Shown: piece after piece, positions 1 to 7,529 of the stretch
Numbering within the stretch: position 1 is the stretch's first letter
Layout of the letters: every line of letters begins with the position of its first letter
Source: Candidatus Thorarchaeota archaeon
Lineage (GTDB): Archaea > Asgardarchaeota > Thorarchaeia > Thorarchaeales > Thorarchaeaceae
Assembly: GCA_029855935.1 (NCBI GenBank)
Contig: JAGSHN010000021.1
Location: 1 to 19,870 of the forward strand
DNA: 19,870 nt
Direction: 5' to 3'
The notes under the pieces: model-generated
The model's input: only the letters and a program-made list of their open reading frames with translations
What the model was told of the DNA's origin: nothing
Databases searched by the model: none
Translations under genes and position numbers: made by a program

Positions 1-1
1 A

Positions 2-1150
2 GTAGTCTGACGGATTGTCATAGTTACCCGACATGACGACCTGCAGTGTGACTGACTCCACACCCACAGACCAGCCATCAGTGTCGAGGTCCGTGGTCAG
101 CGAGCTCGACGAGCCCGCCAGCGAGCCGTAGTGCGTCGTCACAAAGGTGTAGGAACTGATGTCACCGAAAGTCAGCTCGGCTCCGGTATCTGTGTCTGTG
201 ATAACGACTGTGACCGTTGTGTTGAAACCGTATGGCGTCAGGAGGTCACCTGACACACTCGCGGAGGTGTAGTGGTTCCTGATTGTCACTGTGAAGGTGA
301 AGGCGTCAGGATCGTCGTAGATGCCCTGCATGACCGCAGTCAGCGTCACTCCCGTGGAGCCCACGCTCCATGCATCAGTGTCCAGTTCGATCGTAAGTGA
401 GGTGAGGCTGGAATACACATCGGTCGAGTAGGATGATGTGAAGGTCAACGATGATACATCACTGGCCGTCAGTGTGGTGCCGTTGTCAGCATCGTAGATG
501 ACCACGTTTACAGTTGTGTTGAAACCGTATGGTGTCACAAAGTCGCCCGTGACGGTTGCGGTGGTGTTGTGCTTCCGAATCGTGATATCGAACTGATAGT
601 TGGACGGGGCTGCATAGTCTGCGCTGGACATAGTCACTGCCATTGTGACAGTCCTTGTGCCAAGCGGCCAAGTGTTCGTCGGAAGAGTGATGTCGTACGA
701 CGACGGGGGACTCTCTGAGTATGAACCGCCTGTCCAGCTGAAGGAGATGGATGACACCTCTGAGACGGCGACAGTCCCTCCTGTGTCTGTGTCTATGATA
801 GTCACAGTGATGGGAGTATTCCATCCGGATGGCGTGATCAGGTCACCCGAGACAGAGGCAGTTGTGTAGTGTGCGCGCAGAGTGAATGTGATGTTCACGC
901 TCGCATCCTCCAGGTAGGCGCCCGACTTTGAAGCGTTGAATATGTACCAGTGGTCACCCAGCGAGAGGCCGCCCGTCGGTACAGAGATGTTGTACATTCC
1001 ATTGCCCTGAGCAACGACGTTGGCAGGAGTGCCGTTCGCGAACGTGATGGTCGCCCCAGTGACGGGCTGACCCGTGTACGTATCGCGGAAGATCAGCGTT
1101 GCAGTGAAGTCCTGTCCCCACGGTGTGGTGTCCACATCTACGTATGTGAG
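2..1150 (-). repeat. Tandem Ig-like/beta-sandwich repeats (~97-100 aa period) within the surface protein
   Basis: Repeated protein motif (H)xTxAsVsGDxxTPxGxNTxxxVxIxDxDxG. The identical 20-mer gttgtgttgaaaccgtatgg occurs at 216-235 and 513-532 (297-nt period). Further TP-x-G copies lie at ~831 (+300) and ~1122 (+291). Confidence 0.85.
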
Positions 1151-4100
1151 CTCTGTGTTGTGGGTCAGGTCGAGATAGAATGTGAGCGTGTCGTCGTTGT
1201 AGTAGGGATGCGAGGAGTAGACGACGAGTGTCCATCGCTGGTTGGTACCAAGATCAGTCGTGTTCAGTGTGATGCCATATCTTCCAGTGCTATAGTCGTG
1301 AAGTGTGACATTCGTCTCGACGCCCGACACCGACCAGTTCATCTTCACAGTGGCGCCCGATATCTTGTCCGAATTGATCACGTCCGTCAGCTCTACCTCG
1401 ACGTAGAGCTTGTCGCCTGCAACGGCGGCGGCTATGCTGTCAGGAACCGCATCACCGGGCGCTATCAGTGAGAGCGCCGAGTCGTGCTTGACTATGAACT
1501 CGCGCTCGTAGAGGCCCGTCTTGTTGTCCACTGCGGTGCCAGTATCATTGTAGAACACGCTGGCGGTCCACACGCCTGCGGCTGCAGTGGAGTCGATTGT
1601 CTTGGTGAATGTGTGCTCAGGCGAAACCCGCTCGCTCTCCGTTCCCACCGACAGGAATGTTCCGGGGTCATTCTGGTTGCTGTACTCAACAGACACCCAT
1701 GAGGATGTGCGGGCACCGGAGCTGATTCGAATCTCGTCGAGTGTGCCTTTGAAGTAGGCATTTCCACCAGGGATGACTGTGTCGACGGTACCACCACCTA
1801 TGCCCCAATCGGCGGAATAGCTCACGTTGGCCCAAGTGGCCTGTCCTGATGTGCCTGTTGCAGTATCGTCGGCTCCATTGATGTAGATGAGATTGCTGGC
1901 GGGATTGTTTGAATTCAGCACAACGGTGAAACTGTACCAGCCAGTATTCCAGAAGGCACGAGAGGTCCACACCTCTCTTGACTGCCCGCCGTTCTCCACG
2001 CGGAAGACAAGAGAACCGTCCGGAACGGCGGCATTGCCATAGTCCTGACCAACCAAGGCAATCAGCATATTGTTGTTGGCATCTTTGTACTTGGTCAGGA
2101 GAACCAGAGAGGTGGCCGAGCCGGAGCTGAAGGACTGATCCAGACGGAACCAACCCGCTATCGTGACATCACCTGTGGGATTCAGGCCCTTGCTCGCCGC
2201 GATGACTATCTGGTCATCAGTCCCGTCAAATTCCTGAGCATAGCCGAAGGCCGCGCTCGATGTCTGAGCGTTGCCATTCTGTGTACCGTCGTAGTCTCCT
2301 GAGGTGGCATCATAGTGAATCGCAGCGGTCCCCTCATCAACAGCAGTCTCATTCAGATGCCAGACCGCCTCATAGCTGTTAATCCAGACCTCCTCTGGCC
2401 GCTCCTGTGGTCCCACCACGGGGTTTCCATAGTACATATTGAACGTCGTGTCAGTGGTGCTTGACACGTTGAGCAATACCCAGGCGACAAGATGTGCGTG
2501 TGTGGAGTTATAGTTCTGCTCGAAGTAGTCGAGGTCGTGAGAGAGAACGACACCATTCTGGACAAAGACTATGTCATCACCGTCTGGTTGGACCTTGTCG
2601 GAACTGTGCAAGTCCGCATCATAGATATCGACAAGCACAGGATAGTTTGTCATGTCCGCGGAAACGGCAGAAGCCGGGATGGTGATTGTCTTCTTGTATC
2701 TGAAGGACGGCAGTTCGTGAGTGGTCGTCCCGCTGGTAGTGAGTGATGTCCGGTACCACTCATTTCCGGTTGGATCCGTCAGGACTAGGTTCGTGGTCGC
2801 ACCCTGAATCCAAGGCGTCGTGGCCCTGACGGCAAGTACGTCGTTTACGTTGAGAGTGGCAGTAGTTGAGAGCGTCCCTCCGTTGGGACCGACAAGCACG
2901 TTACTCACATAGTTGAGTGACACGAACCTGAAGACCCAGACACCGAACACATCAACACTACTGGCAGGGACGGTGACGACTCCACTGTGATAGTACCACT
3001 CCGTCGGATAGGTCTTCTCAACTCCAATAGGGTTCGTCACGGATGTGGGGCGCCACTCCGTCTGCGGGAACTCGACATTGACCTCAAGACTCTGTGTCCC
3101 CGTCGGTGGCGACACCAGGACATTCGCAGTCCACTCGACAATCGAGGCGTTGGTGACGTAGAATGTCGTGCCCGAGTTGTAGTTCTGATCCAGCGAGCCT
3201 CCCGATCCCGAGATGTCGAGACCAAGAGTGACATCAAGGTTCACTGGTCCAGATGATGCTGTCGAGAATACGAGACGAGCATGACTGTCATCCGACCATG
3301 TGTCAGGAAGAGTCTCCTCGGTGCCCACGGAGAGGAAGGATGCGGGATCATTCTGATTGTTGTACTCTGTCTGTATCCAGTTCGCAGAGCGCGCGGTGCT
3401 CTCTACTCGCAGCTCATCCAGCTGACCATTGAAGTAGCGCGAGCCCGGCGCACTCGCAAGATACGCGTCCAAGTCAGAGTCTGTAAAGGTCGAACCTGTA
3501 TTGTCGGCAGATGTGTAGAGCGTACCATCAATATAGACCCGAAGTTGCCCGCTCGGCAGGGTCGGGTCCCAGACCATCACAACATAGTGCCAAGTGCCGA
3601 CGGTGAGAGCAGGACCAGCATCAATCTCGGTCTGCGCACCAGAGGCGCCGTCGGTCGTGATGATGCAGTGTATCTTCGTACCATTATGGCCCACCATCCA
3701 CACGATAGGTGTCCCATCACTGCCGACCTCCTTACTGATGAACCGGCCAATACCAGTGCCATCAAGATTGACCCAGCCCGAGACCGTGATTGCAGACCAC
3801 GAGTCCGACGGGGTTGGACCTGTGCGCACGTGTTCGTTCAGCCCATCAAAGTTGAGAGCATGCCCAATCTTTCCTGCGACGGAGTCCGTACTCTCCATCG
3901 CCAGCGGTGTTCCGTCCATATTGCTCGAACTGCTGTCGAGAATCATCTCTGACGATGGGTCACCGTCCATATGCCAGACTCCTGCATAGCCATCACGCCA
4001 GACACCTGCAGGATTCTCAAGAGGCCCAGAGTCCGGATTGCCATAGTACATCTCAAGGACTGTGTCAGTCGTGGCCGACAGAGTTGGCACCCGTACCCAT

Positions 4101-5902
4101 GCGACGAGGTGTGCGTGTGTGGAGTTGAAGTTCTGATCGAAGAGCTCAATCTCATGGTCGACAGGTGTGCCGTTGACCATGAACGCTATGTCATCTCCAT
4201 CAGCCTGCACCTTGTTCGGGTCGTGCAAGTCAGTGTCGTAGATGTCAACAAGAACTGGAAAGTCCGTCAGAGTTGCAGCGACCTTCGCCGAGTCGATTGT
4301 CAGGGTCTTCTTGTAGTGAAGAGTTGTGACTACATCCTGAGCGCGCGGGACAAGATACTTTACCACGAGGCGCGGAAGGTTGTCGTCTGCAGGGGTGTTG
4401 TCATAGTCGGACGACCCTTCGATGTCGTAGTATGCTGTATTGTCTGACGTGTACATATAATCGAGCATGAGTGTGACATAGTTGTTCTCCGTCCAGCTCT
4501 CATTGACAACAACCTGCTGGAGCAGCGGAGTGATGTCGGAAGATCTGTACCGTCTTCCATCAGCCCACGAGTCTGGGACCCAGTCGATGCTTGCGTCCAG
4601 CCAGCTATATCGGTCCTCTAGGTGAGGGAAACCGCTTGTGAAAGCCGACGAGTTTGCCACGTCAGCAGCCTTGATACGCATACCTACCACATCAGAGCCA
4701 CCTGCGGACTCGACCTCCAGGTACGCTGAAAGGATTGCCGCGCCACGGGGGATGTTGACTGGGAACTGCAGACCAATCTGGAACGTGTCTGCCACACTCC
4801 AGCTGCCGTAGATGCCGACAGATAGACGACCATCGTTGAAGTAGCCGTCAAGGTCTATTCCGTCACTGTCATCGTAGCAGTCCCGGTTTGCGTTGTCTGG
4901 CAGGTACGTAAACAGCGACCCCTCTATCGCACCATCAACAAGAGTGCCGTTCGCCTTGAGGTCAATCTGTTCAGGGAACGGTCGTACTCTGAGATTGAGC
5001 ACAATGTTATCGACAAGTACGTGGCTGGTCAGCTGGGACGTAGGGGTGCCAGACAGGTCTGTCGCGATACCTACATCAAGCTGGACAACGCCCGGTGCAG
5101 AGAATGTCGAGAAGGCGCTGTCAGGTATCGTCACGGTGACTTGGAGCCACGTCCCCTTTGTGTCACCACTCTCGAAGACGTGCAGTTTGGTCTCGTAGCC
5201 AGCGACACGCACTATCAGATGGGCCTGGTCGACCATTGTGGACGACGGACTGACCTTGTAGTAGAATGAAACCTCGGCGGAGTATACATCACGGTAGGGT
5301 GCTGGGACGTACTGGCGCAGATAGATCTCACTAGACGGGGCGACAGTGTCAGAAGTCGACCAGTCTGCCTCGAATCGCCAACCGATGTCGCCCGTATAGC
5401 CTCCGTCAGAGACATCAACGAACTTCATATTTCCATAGTGCGGATGAGAGTTATCAGTACCTGCAACCACTTTGTGGAGCTCCCAGTAGTCGGGCACGGC
5501 AACATCCTCACTGGGATGGGGTGTAGCAAGCCACTTCTCGTTGTGGTAGTTGGAGAGATCCCCGTTCCGTGTCTGGTCATTCATCCACGCGGAGAGGGTG
5601 TCCACAGACGCTTGCAAGTTCGTACCGGACCATCCGTTTTCCAGGGACACTGTGGCATAGTCCTCTGTGGAGGAGTCAATCTCTAGTGGACCATCTTGAG
5701 TATTCGTGACATACCCAGTCATAGTCACAGGTAGGGCGGTTCCTGTTCCCGTCAGACCCACATTGTCAGCTGCAGGGACAACTATGCCCTGAGACATGTC
5801 AAGTGGGACCCTACTCTCCGGGGCCTCATTGCCCGGGCCCTGAATGGCGGGAATGGACAGCATAATCACAAATAGCACAACAACTGGCACAACCTTCTTC
5901 AT
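2..5902 (-). CDS. Giant secreted cell-surface/adhesin-like glycoprotein (>1,960 aa, 3' end beyond window): signal peptide, DNRLRE-like domain, 2x DUF2341+LamG (ConA-like) modules, tandem ~97-100 aa Ig-like repeats
   Basis: Hand translation from ATG 5902 gives MKKVVPVVVLFVIMLSIPAIQ (signal peptide), with SD GGAGG upstream. The segments translated by hand (most of the gene, to position 2: ...LDTDGWSVGVESVTLQVVMSGNYDNPSDY) are all in one frame with no stop seen. DNRLRE-like segment ~4900-4350 (LQFPVNIPRGAAILSAYLEV...DITPLLQQVV...PRLVVKY). DUF2341 motifs YKKTLTID...DFPVLV...DGDDIAF...AWVRVP...MYYGN (~4320-4030) and YKKTITIP...NYPVLV...DGDDIVF...AWVLL...MYYGN (~2700-2420). LamG motifs GVWHM/AVWHL, ALNFDG/AQEFDG, ITVSGW/VTISGW, GTLDEIRIS. 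Confidence 0.9.
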   Translation of the reverse strand, partial: MKKVVPVVVLFVIMLSIPAIQGPGNEAPESRVPLDMSQGIVVPAADNVGLTGTGTALPVTMTGYVTNTQDGPLEIDSSTEDYATVSLENGWSGTNLQASVDTLSAWMNDQTRNGDLSNYHNEKWLATPHPSEDVAVPDYWELHKVVAGTDNSHPHYGNMKFVDVSDGGYTGDIGWRFEADWSTSDTVAPSSEIYLRQYVPAPYRDVYSAEVSFYYKVSPSSTMVDQAHLIVRVAGYETKLHVFESGDTKGTWLQVTVTIPDSAFSTFSAPGVVQLDVGIATDLSGTPTSQLTSHVLVDNIVLNLRVRPFPEQIDLKANGTLVDGAIEGSLFTYLPDNANRDCYDDSDGIDLDGYFNDGRLSVGIYGSWSVADTFQIGLQFPVNIPRGAAILSAYLEVESAGGSDVVGMRIKAADVANSSAFTSGFPHLEDRYSWLDASIDWVPDSWADGRRYRSSDITPLLQQVVVNESWTENNYVTLMLDYMYTSDNTAYYDIEGSSDYDNTPADDNLPRLVVKYLVPRAQDVVTTLHYKKTLTIDSAKVAATLTDFPVLVDIYDTDLHDPNKVQADGDDIAFMVNGTPVDHEIELFDQNFNSTHAHLVAWVRVPTLSATTDTVLEMYYGNPDSGPLENPAGVWRDGYAGVWHMDGDPSSEMILDSSSSNMDGTPLAMESTDSVAGKIGHALNFDGLNEHVRTGPTPSDSWSAITVSGWVNLDGTGIGRFISKEVGSDGTPIVWMVGHNGTKIHCIITTDGASGAQTEIDAGPALTVGTWHYVVMVWDPTLPSGQLRVYIDGTLYTSADNTGSTFTDSDLDAYLASAPGSRYFNGQLDELRVESTARSANWIQTEYNNQNDPASFLSVGTEETLPDTWSDDSHARLVFSTASSGPVNLDVTLGLDISGSGGSLDQNYNSGTTFYVTNASIVEWTANVLVSPPTGTQSLEVNVEFPQTEWRPTSVTNPIGVEKTYPTEWYYHSGVVTVPASSVDVFGVWVFRFVSLNYVSNVLVGPNGGTLSTTATLNVNDVLAVRATTPWIQGATTNLVLTDPTGNEWYRTSLTTSGTTTHELPSFRYKKTITIPASAVSADMTNYPVLVDIYDADLHSSDKVQPDGDDIVFVQNGVVLSHDLDYFEQNYNSTHAHLVAWVLLNVSSTTDTTFNMYYGNPVVGPQERPEEVWINSYEAVWHLNETAVDEGTAAIHYDATSGDYDGTQNGNAQTSSAAFGYAQEFDGTDDQIVIAASKGLNPTGDVTIAGWFRLDQSFSSGSATSLVLLTKYKDANNNMLIALVGQDYGNAAVPDGSLVFRVENGGQSREVWTSRAFWNTGWYSFTVVLNSNNPASNLIYINGADDTATGTSGQATWANVSYSADWGIGGGTVDTVIPGGNAYFKGTLDEIRISSGARTSSWVSVEYSNQNDPGTFLSVGTESERVSPEHTFTKTIDSTAAAGVWTASVFYNDTGTAVDNKTGLYEREFIVKHDSALSLIAPGDAVPDSIAAAVAGDKLYVEVELTDVINSDKISGATVKMNWSVSGVETNVTLHDYSTGRYGITLNTTDLGTNQRWTLVVYSSHPYYNDDTLTFYLDLTHNTELTYVDVDTTPWGQDFTATLIFRDTYTGQPVTGATITFANGTPANVVAQGNGMYNISVPTGGLSLGDHWYIFNASKSGAYLEDASVNITFTLRAHYTTASVSGDLITPSGWNTPITVTIIDTDTGGTVAVSEVSSISFSWTGGSYSESPPSSYDITLPTNTWPLGTRTVTMAVTMSSADYAAPSNYQFDITIRKHNTTATVTGDFVTPYGFNTTVNVVIYDADNGTTLTASDVSSLTFTSSYSTDVYSSLTSLTIELDTDAWSVGSTGVTLTAVMQGIYDDPDAFTFTVTIRNHYTSASVSGDLLTPYGFNTTVTVVITDTDTGAELTFGDISSYTFVTTHYGSLAGSSSSLTTDLDTDGWSVGVESVTLQVVMSGNYDNPSDY
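1640..4330 (-). repeat. Duplicated DUF2341-LamG cassette (copy 1 ~3320-4330, copy 2 ~1640-2710)
   Basis: Shared 17-mer tgtgcgtgtgtggagtt (NSTHAH) at 2493-2509 and 4110-4126, offset 1617 nt = 539 codons. The cassettes end in EYNNQNDPASFLSVGTE and EYSNQNDPGTFLSVGTE. Confidence 0.85.
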
Positions 5903-5910
5903 CTTCGAGG

Positions 5911-5917
5911 GACCTCC
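5911..5917 (-). promoter_or_regulatory. Shine-Dalgarno site (GGAGGTC) of the surface-protein gene
   Basis: The + strand reads gacctcc at 5911-5917, upstream of ATG 5902. Confidence 0.7.
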
Positions 5918-6027
5918 GCGCAGGCTCTCATCTGACACCCAGTACCCAGCAATCTGGATGTTGAACAGAATATGTTGTGGACCAGACATCCTTTTGAAGG
6001 ATTGGTAGTCCAGACTATTCGGGATGT

Positions 6028-6060
6028 CGCCTGTGTTGACGATTTTTCGACAGGCGTTTT
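6028..6060 (+). other. Stem-loop followed by T4 (terminator-like shape) in the intergenic leader
   Basis: cgcctgt (6028-6034) pairs with acaggcg (6050-6056), followed by tttt. No + strand gene ends here, so the function is unclear. Confidence 0.3.
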
Positions 6061-6358
6061 GTGCGGCGGGAGGGCAAGTGAAAGTGGGTAGGGACCGTTC
6101 GCAACGACAGGGGATTTGATAGATCTGGACCCCATCTCTCACCAGCTCTCAAGCACAGGATACAAATGTTGACTGGCGCCTGTATCAACCGGTAACACCG
6201 GACGAACATCCCCAGCGATGTGCCTTTCACAAACCACTACTTAAGCTATGCGCGAACATACGATGTCGTGGGAAGAGAAAGGAGCACCTCATAAAGACCA
6301 CGGGCACACACTGTGTCGGGCCATAGATCAAGTGTCATACCGAGACGTCCGCGCAGTT

Positions 6359-7048
6359 TCATAGCGAGGACAGGTAGTCCCAGTAGCCCATCATCCTGTA
6401 GCCGAGCCGGTCCATAAGGTCGAATAGGAGATTCATCACATTCTCGTTGGCATGATCACGCGGGTGAAGTGCCACCTGCAGGGGGCCCTTGAGCTCCATC
6501 TCGACCACCGCCCTCGTGACATCAACAATGCGTTCTCCCAGACTTATCACCGAGGCCGCAGTGGCCAGAACTCTGTTCTTCGTGTGATAGTGGATCATGT
6601 CACCAATGACCGTGTATCTCAGATTCAAAGAACGGGAGACATTGTAGAGGTTCCTGGGAGCCTGCCACCGAGGCGGGACAATACCGATGGGCCGCTTTCC
6701 AAAGGCCTTCTCGAACATGTTCACGGCGTATAGCATTCTTGAGTTGAGCCGTGCGAGAGAGAGGTCCGCAAACTCGGCACGAGATCCTGAGGACGAGATG
6801 TGGGTATATCCGTGGAGGGACAACTCATGGTCTAGGGAGAGGAGGTACTCTGCAAGAGTGGGATTCTTTTCAAAGGTGTTGATGCGCTTCAGGTCGTAGA
6901 ATGGAGTGACGAGTAATGTGACGCGGGCCAAGCCCATCTCGTCCAAGAGGTCGCACATCTTCACGATGTCGTCTTCGAATGCGGGGCTGACCTCGTGAAG
7001 TGAGACAAGGGCGATACCTTCACCTACATGCTCTGCTTCCTCAGGCAC
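6359..7048 (-). CDS. DUF2334 / carbohydrate esterase family 4 (polysaccharide deacetylase-like) protein, ~229 aa
   Basis: Motifs VSLHEVSP, VTLLVTP, ELSLHGYTH, AEF, IVPPRW and VALHPRD. Start moved to GTG 7048 after the SD-like GGGTGGTGA; the track start at 7165 overlaps the histone gene. Confidence 0.8.
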   Translation of the reverse strand: MPEEAEHVGEGIALVSLHEVSPAFEDDIVKMCDLLDEMGLARVTLLVTPFYDLKRINTFEKNPTLAEYLLSLDHELSLHGYTHISSSGSRAEFADLSLARLNSRMLYAVNMFEKAFGKRPIGIVPPRWQAPRNLYNVSRSLNLRYTVIGDMIHYHTKNRVLATAASVISLGERIVDVTRAVVEMELKGPLQVALHPRDHANENVMNLLFDLMDRLGYRMMGYWDYLSSL

Positions 7049-7127
7049 TCTCACCACCCTATGTCCCTGTGCGAATACTGCACGACCATTCGACCAGACA
7101 ATGTGGTCAACGGTCGGCTCGGCGGAA

Positions 7128-7364
7128 CTACAGTCGCCTCCGCCACTGTTTGTAGGCAAGGTCAATATCCCGGTCGGTGATTGTCTTGCGCTCGGTCACT
7201 TCAACAATCTCGGCAGCGCTCTGTGCCAAGAACTCGCCTATCTCCTCAAGGATCTGTGCCAGCCGCTCAGCGGCTCGGTCACTGACGCGTTCGGCACCCG
7301 CCTTGCGGATGAGTCTGTCAACTGGTGCAACGGGGATTATTCTATCGCGTCTCGAACGTGGCAA
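7128..7364 (-). CDS. Archaeal histone (HMfA/HMfB-type histone fold), 78 aa, variant
   Basis: MPRSRRDRIIPVAPVDRLIRKAGAERVSDRAAERLAQILEEIG...RKTITDRDIDLAYKQWRRRL aligns without gaps to HMfB (P4, R10, A15-G16-A17, R19, R52-K53-T54, D59, L62). TTG start at 7364 is preceded by SD GAGGTGA. Confidence 0.93.
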   Translation of the reverse strand: MPRSRRDRIIPVAPVDRLIRKAGAERVSDRAAERLAQILEEIGEFLAQSAAEIVEVTERKTITDRDIDLAYKQWRRRL

Positions 7365-7424
7365 CCAAATCTCACCTCTACTCCGTGAATACGGCGTGGA
7401 TAGGTGAGGAGTCGGCACGTGGGC

Positions 7425-7445
7425 TATTAAAGGCATTGTTCTCTC
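7425..7445 (-). promoter_or_regulatory. Archaeal TATA box (TTTAATA) with purine-rich BRE-like upstream element, histone promoter
   Basis: Minus strand reads gagagaacaatgccTTTAATAgccc; TATA at 7431-7425, about 60 nt upstream of the TTG start. Confidence 0.6.
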
Positions 7446-7529
7446 TGTGCGAAAATGGGTGGAGTATGATACTCAGATAGCGGGCATATCGCCAGAGTAT
7501 GCGTTGGTCGCATCGCGTTGGAGTGTGTC

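Noticed and set aside
216-4126. Nucleotide direct repeats as CRISPR, DGR template/variable repeats or IS ends
   Set aside because: The repeats are short, in-frame and at codon-multiple spacing within protein domain duplications. No spacer array, reverse transcriptase or transposase is present in the window.
486-5686. Many short ORFs on both strands in the track
   Set aside because: They are shadow or alternate-frame ORFs over the giant minus-strand surface-protein gene and show no recognisable motifs.
6060-6120. Possible c-di-GMP riboswitch, SRP RNA or RNase P fragment (gggcaagtgaaagtggg...)
   Set aside because: The required consensus motifs and pairings were not found by eye.
7365-7436. 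Long eukaryote-like N-terminal histone tail (102-aa ORF version)
   Set aside because: The ATG at 7436 lies upstream of the TATA box, and a strong SD (GAGGTGA) precedes TTG 7364. The extension is not Lys-rich.
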